A stretch of 64,000 bases of DNA from a virus (lineage: Duplodnaviria; Caudoviricetes). Positions 1 through 8,663 of the stretch are shown one piece after another (position 1 is the stretch's first letter; every line of letters begins with the position of its first letter). The stretch lies in IMG/VR virus record IMGVR_UViG_3300020577_007013. The stretch is one strand, 5' to 3'. A program made the position numbers and the translations under genes. Under the pieces are notes generated by a model. That model was not told the origin of the DNA and did not search any database. It saw nothing but the letters and a program-made list of their open reading frames with translations.

Positions 1-222
1 ATTAACGCAGACCCTTTTGTCTTTGAAGGTACAGATATCTTTATGAGCCAATCTTCGATTATTTGGTAAAATTCTATTCATTGATCTCCAAAGAAAAGTA
101 AGAACTTTACTTGTAGGGTTACCACCTTGTGGAAGACCTTCTTTTGTACGTGGTCCATGCCATGCCCAACAACCATCTTCCCGCTTATTGATATGTTTGC
201 TGATTGATTCTGGGATTTTCAT
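1..222 (-). CDS. HNH homing endonuclease, N-terminal part (runs off window start)
   Basis: Manual translation MKIPESISKHINKREDGCWAWHG...AHKDICTFKDKRVCVN. The CWxWxG...H...C...CVN pattern is typical of phage zinc-binding HNH endonucleases. Not in the ORF track because it is truncated. Confidence 0.7.
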   Translation of the reverse strand, partial: MKIPESISKHINKREDGCWAWHGPRTKEGLPQGGNPTSKVLTFLWRSMNRILPNNRRLAHKDICTFKDKRVCVN

Positions 223-247
223 GATTATATATAATAGCTCTGCTGAA

Positions 248-263
248 ATTTCGGTACCGAAAT
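248..263. promoter_or_regulatory. 16-bp perfect palindrome ATTTCGGTACCGAAAT between divergent genes
   Basis: Seen directly; lies between the HNH start (222, -) and the 298 start (+). Confidence 0.45.
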
Positions 264-297
264 AGTCCTATTTTTTTACTATACACTAAGTACTATA

Positions 298-1470
298 ATG
301 GAAAATAATGAACAATCAATGCTGATAACTCCTGAAGAAGCTTTAAAAAGGAGAATGGAGTCTCTCCAATCAGCTGCTTCAGAAAATGAACCGACAGTAA
401 AACCTGAACAAGAAGAAATGGATCTGGATAAATTCGTCAATCATGGCGATACTGTAAAGATCAACTATGAGTCAATGGGAAGATTCTCTATTCCTAAGAC
501 ACTTTACTTTAAAGGCTACTCAGTAAATGACATCTCAGATTTAGCTGTCTCAAAAGAAGAAGACATTCTAGAGACAATGGTAGCTATTCTCAATAATCTT
601 TGTACAGACAAAACTGTCAAAGTTGAAAATATGCTTATGGAAGAATTCTATGAGACGTTGATCGCTCTTAAAGCAACATTCAATTCAAGAATCCACAAAC
701 ACAGATGGATGCACAAATGCCAAGATAAAGAACCGCAAGAAGATAGAAAGTTTTCATCATCAGATGTAGATCTAGCAACTCTTAACTATGACTCAATTCT
801 TAAAGCTGAAGAGAAACTCAAAGAATACTACGGAAAGAAATTCTCTCTCATGAAACCTGAAGAATGGTCAAACTATATTCTATCAAAATATAAAGGAGCA
901 AGCTCTCCTACAAAAGACGAAGAAGCTGAAGGTGTAAAAATCAAAGAGCCAATTACATTGGTAGTCAATGGAGATGAACTTGAGTTTCAATTTCCTCGTA
1001 TAGGTGACGTCGTTAGAGGACTTAAGCTCGCATTCAGAGACTTCAATGGTAAGGTCACTAGACTTAAAGCTAAACAACAACCTCACGGTATGTCACTCGA
1101 AGAATGGAAAGAATACAAAGACGAGGAACTTGAAAAATATGAAAAGGAAAAGCAAAAAACAGCTATTCTTGCTTCTAGAGCCATGTCACTTGTCAAAAAG
1201 AATGGAGAAGATCTCGAATATCTAGATCGTCTTGCTATTTTCAAATCGCTTCCTGTCAATGTGATGGAATCACTTACAAACTTCTTCGATTCTGTGAGGT
1301 TTGGAGTTCAAGACGAGAGAGAATTAACCTGCGATCTGTGTGGCAATACAGAAAAGAGGTCACTTCATCGTGAACTCAGCCCTATCGAACTATTACCTAT
1401 TGAGTCTTCTGATCCAGTTAAAACCGGAAGAGACACAGGAATCGTTACAACAACAATTATTTATATGTAG
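298..1470 (+). CDS. Baseplate hub / tail assembly protein (T4 gp26-like)
   Basis: C-terminal LTCDLCG zinc motif, FPRIGD segment, position immediately upstream of the tape-measure candidate. Confidence 0.6.
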   Translation: MENNEQSMLITPEEALKRRMESLQSAASENEPTVKPEQEEMDLDKFVNHGDTVKINYESMGRFSIPKTLYFKGYSVNDISDLAVSKEEDILETMVAILNNLCTDKTVKVENMLMEEFYETLIALKATFNSRIHKHRWMHKCQDKEPQEDRKFSSSDVDLATLNYDSILKAEEKLKEYYGKKFSLMKPEEWSNYILSKYKGASSPTKDEEAEGVKIKEPITLVVNGDELEFQFPRIGDVVRGLKLAFRDFNGKVTRLKAKQQPHGMSLEEWKEYKDEELEKYEKEKQKTAILASRAMSLVKKNGEDLEYLDRLAIFKSLPVNVMESLTNFFDSVRFGVQDERELTCDLCGNTEKRSLHRELSPIELLPIESSDPVKTGRDTGIVTTTIIYM

Positions 1471-1654
1471 CCTTCGACTTAGAGAAAGGTACACTGATAT
1501 GGTCGGTTGGCCTTATCATATTCTGAAGAAGCGAATGTTCCAATTGGAAGAGTATGACAAGGCTTATAAGGCTGAAATGGATAAGCAAGAAAAAGAAATG
1601 AAGAGCAAACAGCCTAGTACACCGAGACTTGGTGCTAAAGTGAAAATGAGATAG
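1340..1654 (+). CDS. Small gp51-like / tail-chaperone C-terminal module (start uncertain: ATG 1499 or frameshift product)
   Basis: LF.CSL.L...Y.DM.GWPY..LKKRM.QLEE followed by a charged tail, like the small ORFs that follow gp26 in T4-like phages. Confidence 0.45.
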   Translation: MAIQKRGHFIVNSALSNYYLLSLLIQLKPEETQESLQQQLFICSLRLRERYTDMVGWPYHILKKRMFQLEEYDKAYKAEMDKQEKEMKSKQPSTPRLGAKVKMR

Positions 1655-1670
1655 CCAACTAACCTGTTAG

Positions 1671-3431
1671 ATGGCTGAAGCTACTGCAGCAGGTTTACCT
1701 CCAGGTTTTGCACAACCAGATCCTAAGAAGTTGGTTGTCCCTCTAGCAGAAGGGCAGCAACCTCAAGGTCAGGGCGACAAGATAGAAGACATTGTAGCTT
1801 CCGTAATGGGAGTTCTCAAGAAGAAAAAAGTAGACTCCGACAAAACTCTTAGAGATGAGATAGACAAGCTCATCGATCTTTCTTCAGGAAAGAAAAAAGG
1901 TAAATACTCAGACGAAGAAGACAAAAATCGTAAAGGCTGGAAAAAATGGCTTTACGGCGGTTGGCAAGTAATGAGGAAAATCGGTGAAGACAGCCGAAAT
2001 TATCTCAAAAAAATGTCAGCAAATTCTCTGTTAGGATGGCTTGCAGCTTTAGCTATGTTGGCAATGTTTGATCCAAATGGAACATTCATTGCAGGCTTCA
2101 TTGACATGTTCGCAGACCTAATCATCATGCTCATTGATCTTTTTGTCTCACTCATCCCTGCAATGATTAACGTCCTTATGGTCGCTGTCCCTAAAATTGC
2201 AATGGCCTTAGGACGAGCATTTATGAAAGTGCTCTCAGCTATGTTTACTTCATTAGGTAAGTCGAATAGCTTCTTAGAGTTTGTACTTAAGCTTGTCTTC
2301 TTCGGACTCGTTATATTCAAAATGGTCTCTATTCTAATGCCTCTTTTTGGTGCATTAGCTGCTGCAATCGGATTTGTACTTTCACCTATAGGACTTCTTG
2401 TACTTGCTTTTGTTGGACTAGCCTATTCATTCCAACAAGCTTATAAACGTAGTCAAGCTGTAAGAGATGCTGTTGCTTCAATGTTCTCAATGCTCAAAGA
2501 AAAAGCAGCTGGACTTTGGCAATCAATCAAAAAACTTTGGGATAGAATTACAGGAGCTTTTACAAGAATTAAAGAAGCTCTTTTTGGTAAAGGTGAATCC
2601 AATGCTGATAGCTTTTGGGTAAAAGTAATTGAAGGATTGGGAACAGCAATTGGATGGGTGATCGACGGAATTGCTTTCATGGTTGAGAATGTTTTAGGTC
2701 CTGTCATTGAGATCATTTCTCATATAATCGTCATACTCATTAAAGTCTTCAAATTCTTATGGTCTGTTTTTGGTCCAGTAATCAAGGCAATCGCTTATGT
2801 TGTCTACAATGTTTTTGCAGCTGCATTCAAAACTCTCAAAGAGATGTTTGAAGGAATAGCGAATTTCTTCAAGAAATTGTCCGAAGCAAACTCATTTGGT
2901 GACATAATGAAAGTTCTTAAAGACGCTTTCGTAGATGCTTTCATGTGGATCGTAAGAAAAATCGGTGATATGTTTGGAGAAATGATTGCAGGAATTAGAA
3001 GAGCTCTTCCTAAATGGATGGGTGGATATAGTGCTGAACGAAATGAAGCTACTGCTTTAGGAGCAGACGTCTTTGAAAAAAGACTCGGGATCAAAGGTGC
3101 TTCAATTACTCAAGATGATTTTGCATTACTACTCAAACAACTTAAAGAAGCAGGAACTTCTGGAAAAGAAGTAGACTTCGGAGATAAGAGCGGACCAGCT
3201 TATAAACTCTTAAGTGGAGTTGATGAAAAAGAAAAAGCTGGAATCAAAGCTCTACTTTCTCAGATGTCAAAATCTGAAGATCTTAAGAAAACCAATGTTG
3301 AAGATGATGCTCAACTTCTCAAATATACTAAAGGAATGGCTGATAATACGAGTGCAATGATTGCTGAACTTAAAAAGAAAGGTGGATCTACTTCTGGATA
3401 CAAAGAATTGGATAAGGTAGTTAAAAAATAA
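1671..3431 (+). CDS. Tape measure protein candidate
   Basis: 586 aa with a long hydrophobic TM-like block and W/F-periodic amphipathic helices; located in the tail operon; length similar to T4 gp29. Confidence 0.65.
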   Translation: MAEATAAGLPPGFAQPDPKKLVVPLAEGQQPQGQGDKIEDIVASVMGVLKKKKVDSDKTLRDEIDKLIDLSSGKKKGKYSDEEDKNRKGWKKWLYGGWQVMRKIGEDSRNYLKKMSANSLLGWLAALAMLAMFDPNGTFIAGFIDMFADLIIMLIDLFVSLIPAMINVLMVAVPKIAMALGRAFMKVLSAMFTSLGKSNSFLEFVLKLVFFGLVIFKMVSILMPLFGALAAAIGFVLSPIGLLVLAFVGLAYSFQQAYKRSQAVRDAVASMFSMLKEKAAGLWQSIKKLWDRITGAFTRIKEALFGKGESNADSFWVKVIEGLGTAIGWVIDGIAFMVENVLGPVIEIISHIIVILIKVFKFLWSVFGPVIKAIAYVVYNVFAAAFKTLKEMFEGIANFFKKLSEANSFGDIMKVLKDAFVDAFMWIVRKIGDMFGEMIAGIRRALPKWMGGYSAERNEATALGADVFEKRLGIKGASITQDDFALLLKQLKEAGTSGKEVDFGDKSGPAYKLLSGVDEKEKAGIKALLSQMSKSEDLKKTNVEDDAQLLKYTKGMADNTSAMIAELKKKGGSTSGYKELDKVVKK

Positions 3432-4418
3432 ATGGCAAATATAGTAAAATTAGAATGGACAGAAAGAAACAAAGAGTACATTTATAGACTCTCAAATCTT
3501 CAAGCTCTTTATGGACACAACAAATCTCCATTTAAAATTATTGGAGCACAGGTCGTAGGACCGAAACAAAGTAGTACAGGAGTTCCTGCTGCTGATACAG
3601 CATCCTCTATAGGAAATAGTGTCTCAGGAAAAGGAGCTTCAGGTGCATCAGGTGCACAGACAGGATCTGGTGAACTTAGAAGTATCAATGACGTGAAGGG
3701 ACTTGACGTTGCTGTTGAAATTCCTATGCAAGATGACTTCCAACTCAATTTAGAAAGCTCTTTCCAATCATTGGAAGACATGGTCCCTCAACTAAAAGAG
3801 TTCACATCAATAGCCGGTAAAGTACAGTCAGCGACAGGAACAGCAAATGACTTCATGTCAATATTCGGATTTCAAGTATGGGAAAAAACAAACCCAATAG
3901 AGATCTCTCTCGAACTTCATTTTCATACCATTAGAAGTGGATGGCTTGATGTATGGGCTCCTATAATGAGTCTATGTTCACAAGCGATTTTGTCTTCCAA
4001 TGTGACAGCTGATGAGTCTAGTGGTACTTTTAAAGCCTCTAGTACTTACAGTACTCCTGGTGTGTCATTGGCAAATTCAAAAGTCTTTACACAAGCTGCT
4101 AAGAGACAAAAAGAATTAGGAGCCAAAGGAGATGTAGGAGCAAAAGTCTCAGAAAATGACAACGCTAAAGTAGTCAGAGTCACAATTCCTGGAATTATTC
4201 TTATAGAGACCGGACTCATAAAAAGCGCTAAGCCTACATTCAGTAAAGAGCTTACAGAAAGTGGAGCTCCTTTATGGGGAAAGCTAGATGTAACAATTCA
4301 GTCTGTACTTCCTGCCTTTGATGGTATGATCTATCAAGAAGGACTCAAGTATATAAGCAAATTAAAAAAGAAAAATCTTAAAGACAAACTTGCTGGGTTT
4401 GTGAAGAACGCATTCTAA
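3432..4418 (+). CDS. Baseplate / tail-tube initiator-like protein
   Basis: Position between the tape measure and the gp53-like gene; beta-rich tube-fold-like C-terminal part. Confidence 0.45.
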   Translation: MANIVKLEWTERNKEYIYRLSNLQALYGHNKSPFKIIGAQVVGPKQSSTGVPAADTASSIGNSVSGKGASGASGAQTGSGELRSINDVKGLDVAVEIPMQDDFQLNLESSFQSLEDMVPQLKEFTSIAGKVQSATGTANDFMSIFGFQVWEKTNPIEISLELHFHTIRSGWLDVWAPIMSLCSQAILSSNVTADESSGTFKASSTYSTPGVSLANSKVFTQAAKRQKELGAKGDVGAKVSENDNAKVVRVTIPGIILIETGLIKSAKPTFSKELTESGAPLWGKLDVTIQSVLPAFDGMIYQEGLKYISKLKKKNLKDKLAGFVKNAF

Positions 4419-4729
4419 TGGCACGATACGACTACTACCAAAAAATAAGTCAAGACGGAGACATAGAGTTTTATGACACTCTGTCTCTGAACTTTCAAGA
4501 TTTTACATTCACATCTCAACCTACAATTTATCTAGTCGACTCTAATGATGTACTCAAACCTTGGTTTATTTCAGAAAGATTCTTCGGAACTGTCGAGTAT
4601 ACAGATCTTCTCTTACAAATTAATGGAGTAGTCAATCCCCTATCAGATATGATGGTTGATATGGTCTTCATTATACCAAGTCTCGATGACATAAAAAACT
4701 TCATTCTCAATAATAAGAATTTTTCATAA
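4418..4729 (+). CDS. Baseplate wedge gp53-like / LysM-like (tail X) protein
   Basis: ISERFFGTVEYTDLLLQINGVVNPL...IIPS pattern; 103 aa; synteny. Confidence 0.7.
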   Translation: MARYDYYQKISQDGDIEFYDTLSLNFQDFTFTSQPTIYLVDSNDVLKPWFISERFFGTVEYTDLLLQINGVVNPLSDMMVDMVFIIPSLDDIKNFILNNKNFS

Positions 4730-4748
4730 GTCAACTAATGAATTATCT

Positions 4749-5438
4749 ATGAAAATAGAAGAGATTTATTTAGCAACTGTAATGGATAACAAAGATCCTG
4801 ACAAGGAAGGGAAAGTTCAGGTATTTTCAGAGCCAATCATGAACGGTTGGCAAAAAGATCACTATCCATGGGTACGTCCTTGGTCAATGAGTACAGGTGG
4901 TTCTAAAGACTTCGGTTCTTCGAACATACCAGAAAAAGACTCTAAGGTAATGATCTTCTTCTCCAATAACGAGCTTAAGCATCATGGCTTCTATATGGCT
5001 GATGTGAGCCTAAAAGATCTCAATGCAGCTAAAGCCTTTGAGGACAAGGTACTTCCTAAAGTCGGTAGATGGGTATCTAAATATCCTGATACTAAATTCG
5101 TTGTTCATAAGAATGGAACTTGTATCGCTATGAGTTCTTCTGAAGATAATCCTGAGATTGTGATTGTCTCTCCTAAAGGAGCTCAATTCCTCATCACTAA
5201 GAATGGTGACTTGTTTGTAGGTAAGAATGAAAGTAAGATGGATCCTGTCGTCTCTACTTCTAAGCTCAAAAATTATCTGTCACCTATCTTTGGAAATTTA
5301 GGAGCACCCTTATTTCTCGCTACAGTTCCTACAGCTGACATTTCCTTTACAGACTTCTTTGGTGGTATAGACCCATCAATTACTCCTGCATCATTTGTTC
5401 CACCTACCCCACCTGATGCAATCGTTCCTATAACATAA
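4749..5438 (+). CDS. Baseplate hub/spike gp5 / VgrG OB-fold protein
   Basis: ATVMDNKDPDKEGKVQV...PWVRP...IPEKDSKVMIFF is the gp5 N-terminal OB-fold signature. Confidence 0.8.
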   Translation: MKIEEIYLATVMDNKDPDKEGKVQVFSEPIMNGWQKDHYPWVRPWSMSTGGSKDFGSSNIPEKDSKVMIFFSNNELKHHGFYMADVSLKDLNAAKAFEDKVLPKVGRWVSKYPDTKFVVHKNGTCIAMSSSEDNPEIVIVSPKGAQFLITKNGDLFVGKNESKMDPVVSTSKLKNYLSPIFGNLGAPLFLATVPTADISFTDFFGGIDPSITPASFVPPTPPDAIVPIT

Positions 5439-5448
5439 GGAGAACAAT

Positions 5449-7302
5449 TTGGCTGCCAACGATCCGATCTCTAAGGTAGTCGCTTGTCAATTTAGCATTG
5501 ACTACTCTCTATTTGACTTCGAGATAGACACCAATTTTAATCTGCCTACTCTTCCAGGTTTAGGTAATTTAATTTTCTCTTTCTTTGAAGCAGTCATTGA
5601 GACAATGCTCTTTTTTCTTAAGCCACTCAATTTTATTCTCAACGGAAAAATTCCAGATCTCCTAGATTGGATTGCCAATGCTACAGTAGATCCAATTCAA
5701 TTTATAAAAGACGGACTCAATCTCGCTGTCATTAAACCGTATACAGAAAAGCTTAAAGTAAGTTCTCCTGAATTTATGATAACAGGACTTCCAATTATTG
5801 ATCAACTTCCTTGTCCAGCAATCAATCCTAATCTCCCAGGCTATTCAGATAATACTCAATGGACATCTCAAATTAATGGATTCATTTCTCTTTTAACTGG
5901 ACTAATTAAGCTGCCTATCAATGTCTTCATTGAGATATTCAAAAGCATTATTGAGAAGCTAGAATTTCCTGCTGTAGGAAAGCCACTCTTTGATAAGGTA
6001 TGGGAACTTGTAGTTCCTGGTCTAGGACTCTCTACTATTGAAGCACAGGAAGTCGTCATCAGATTAGGTAAATGTTTCAACGAACAGATAGAAGACATTA
6101 TTCCTGCTGGCATTCCTATTGGTGGTGCTAAAAGAAGTACCCCTCCTCCTACATTTGCTGTCACTATTCAACAAGCTCCAGATCCAGATGTTCCAATTCA
6201 GAATGCAGACATATATTCTTTCAGAGGAGTAGCTGTTACACATATACTTCATATCCAATGGACAGGGACTGATTACAGTATAGAATCGATCTCAATTCAA
6301 AATGGAACTGAAACCCCACCTAATTATTTTTCTTGTACCTACGCTGGATTCAATCTCAATAATAGCAATCCAGATCTCTTTGTTCCGATCAGTCTAAATG
6401 TGACAGGAAAACTTCCCATTTACAATGCCACAGTCATGATTAAGGTTACGTCTCCCACTAAAGATGTCTTTACATTTGGACTTCAAAGTTACAAAGACAA
6501 TCCACTCGAAGTCTTACGTAAATATGTTAGAGCTCAGACCCCCTCTTTTCCAGGTCCATTAGATCAGAAAAAGTTTACAGGTTCAAGTCCTGCCTTTTTT
6601 CAAACTGATTTAGCATTCTTAAAATCTCAATATGATGGTGCTGACTTATGGGATAATGAACTCAATATCTTCGGTATCAGAAAAGAAGACTCAGCAACAG
6701 ATCAATTTGAGGATATGATAGGAGTAGCGACGAGAGTGTCTCCTACACAATGGGAGATTTATTCTTTTAAAGCTACAACTCGTCCTACAGCTTATTGGAG
6801 AAACTTTGAGCTTACAGATCCAGCTCAAAGACCTAAAGGGGTCGATACGGTTCAAGCAAACTTTTATCCGTCTATGTGGAAGAAAGGATCTCATCCAGTA
6901 GGACCTCAACCTAATTGTTTGGTCATGAATCAAGCAACAGTTCTTACTTACTGCATTGTCTGGAGAGACATTCACGGAAGTGGAATACAAAAGCCAGACG
7001 ACAAAGTTCAGTTAGCTGTTGAGAGCTTTAACAGTCATCATCCAGGAGTTTCTTTTGACGAATCAAGTACTCCAGGTTCTATGGGAAAAGCAAGTGCAGG
7101 ATGTCAGGTACTTCAGTCAAAGTTTTTATATGAGAATGTCTACTCCCCTAAGATCTATGCTAAAGCTAATAGCATCAGAATACCGAATAGGTTTGCCTAT
7201 TCTCTCATGAAAAAGGAAAATGTCTCCGACTTATGGACCTCCATTAATCCTTATACGAACACCTTTGTAAACGGCTTCGTAGGTACATTTACCGACGTAT
7301 GA
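5449..7302 (+). CDS. Baseplate-associated protein with C-terminal L,D-transpeptidase (YkuD)-like domain
   Basis: LNIFGIR...FED...ATTRP...HHPG...SAGCQV (His...S-A-G-C catalytic pattern); TTG start with AGGAG SD. Confidence 0.55.
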   Translation: MAANDPISKVVACQFSIDYSLFDFEIDTNFNLPTLPGLGNLIFSFFEAVIETMLFFLKPLNFILNGKIPDLLDWIANATVDPIQFIKDGLNLAVIKPYTEKLKVSSPEFMITGLPIIDQLPCPAINPNLPGYSDNTQWTSQINGFISLLTGLIKLPINVFIEIFKSIIEKLEFPAVGKPLFDKVWELVVPGLGLSTIEAQEVVIRLGKCFNEQIEDIIPAGIPIGGAKRSTPPPTFAVTIQQAPDPDVPIQNADIYSFRGVAVTHILHIQWTGTDYSIESISIQNGTETPPNYFSCTYAGFNLNNSNPDLFVPISLNVTGKLPIYNATVMIKVTSPTKDVFTFGLQSYKDNPLEVLRKYVRAQTPSFPGPLDQKKFTGSSPAFFQTDLAFLKSQYDGADLWDNELNIFGIRKEDSATDQFEDMIGVATRVSPTQWEIYSFKATTRPTAYWRNFELTDPAQRPKGVDTVQANFYPSMWKKGSHPVGPQPNCLVMNQATVLTYCIVWRDIHGSGIQKPDDKVQLAVESFNSHHPGVSFDESSTPGSMGKASAGCQVLQSKFLYENVYSPKIYAKANSIRIPNRFAYSLMKKENVSDLWTSINPYTNTFVNGFVGTFTDV

Positions 7303-7314
7303 GACTAACCACTA

Positions 7315-7914
7315 ATGGCCATCGTTGATCTAGACATTTATGGTAGAGTGAATACAGACGGAAGTCCTGTCACTCATACCGGCGACATGGCAATTTCCAA
7401 TGCTCTCGTTGCTTACCTCACATCAAGGAAAGGGGATTACATCAATGATCCTAACTTCGGTGGGCCGATGGAATTCCTTATGTTCAAGCAACTCAATCAA
7501 GATACCATAGTAATTGAAGACAAACTGACAAGCGAAATTACTTCGGTCTTTGGTAGGATCCTATCTCTCGATGTTGTCTCTGTAGAGCCTGATTATGAAG
7601 GCAGACAATGGGTTGTCGACATTTTCTACACCAGTAAATCTACAGGAGCTGTCAATCAAGTCAAGTACTTTGCCAACACTACAGCATCCAGCTTCGTGCC
7701 AGTCCAACGGTTCAAAAGCAATGTCTTTATCGATGTTCCGTACGCTGACGAGAACCTCAAAAACTTCGTGCTCCTTAAACAAGGAGAAATACCGAATGAG
7801 AAGATTGTTAAAAATGATACAGACGGAATCTTCTATTGGGGCTATTATCGGTTGATCAACTTCAATGAGCAAGATCCTCTCTTTGCTGAAATCATGGCTC
7901 TGGTGAACAACTAA
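7315..7914 (+). CDS. Baseplate wedge gp25-like protein
   Basis: AISNALVAYLTSRKGDYINDPNFGG..FLMFK is the gp25/GPW signature. Confidence 0.8.
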   Translation: MAIVDLDIYGRVNTDGSPVTHTGDMAISNALVAYLTSRKGDYINDPNFGGPMEFLMFKQLNQDTIVIEDKLTSEITSVFGRILSLDVVSVEPDYEGRQWVVDIFYTSKSTGAVNQVKYFANTTASSFVPVQRFKSNVFIDVPYADENLKNFVLLKQGEIPNEKIVKNDTDGIFYWGYYRLINFNEQDPLFAEIMALVNN

Positions 7915-7934
7915 CAAGTACGGAACTTAGATAG

Positions 7935-8414
7935 ATGACTCCATACAAACGATTATTTGAATCTCAGGAAATGAGAGATCTCTATGACTATGAGAAGAGC
8001 TCTACAGGTCATCAAGATTTTATAAATGAAATAGCAAGAGATCTTATCAACTATTGTGACGGTGACACTAGCAAATTTGATGATTCAGTCACAGATGAAG
8101 ACTTCCTTAAGTCTTATGATGTCGAAAATCAAGACTACATTTTAAGACATTCGGGTGAAATCGCTCAAACGGCTTGGGATAATTCCGATGAAGTCTTATC
8201 AGAAGCAATTCTTTCTAAGAGACTTTCTACTCATGATATTGCTCTCGATTTAATCGACTTCTGTGGTGGTGATGCTTCAGAGATTGAAGACGCTATAGAC
8301 AATAGAGGATTCTTAAGACAATATAATGATGAACAAAAGAAGTTCGTTGCTGAAAAGAAATCTGAAATACTACAAACAGCATTAGAGTATGCTGATGAAG
8401 GAGAAGTAGAATGA
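7935..8414 (+). CDS. N-tagged (MTPYKRLFE) acidic protein with two internal repeats; putative internal head protein
   Basis: N-terminal tag; repeats IARDLINYCDGD.../IALDLIDFCGGD... Confidence 0.55.
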   Translation: MTPYKRLFESQEMRDLYDYEKSSTGHQDFINEIARDLINYCDGDTSKFDDSVTDEDFLKSYDVENQDYILRHSGEIAQTAWDNSDEVLSEAILSKRLSTHDIALDLIDFCGGDASEIEDAIDNRGFLRQYNDEQKKFVAEKKSEILQTALEYADEGEVE

Positions 8415-8638
8415 CACAGTATAAATCGAAATTTCAAGAAGACTCATCTGATGTTGTATTCAATCTGATCTCCTCACTTAAAGAAGCTCTTTATATTCTG
8501 TACCGATACAAGCCTGAAAAAGTCCATCCTTTGAATATTGCAGAAATCAAGGATATTTTGGCAGACCTCTCTATTCAAGTAGAGAACCTCAATTCTTCTA
8601 AAGACGTCGCTGAGATCAAAGTTCCATATCCTAAATAA
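8411..8638 (+). CDS. N-tagged (MTQYKSKFQE) small protein
   Basis: Tag; ATGA overlap with the previous gene. Confidence 0.55.
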   Translation: MTQYKSKFQEDSSDVVFNLISSLKEALYILYRYKPEKVHPLNIAEIKDILADLSIQVENLNSSKDVAEIKVPYPK

Positions 8639-8663
8639 CTCGTAGTTGAACTAACTACGTAGA

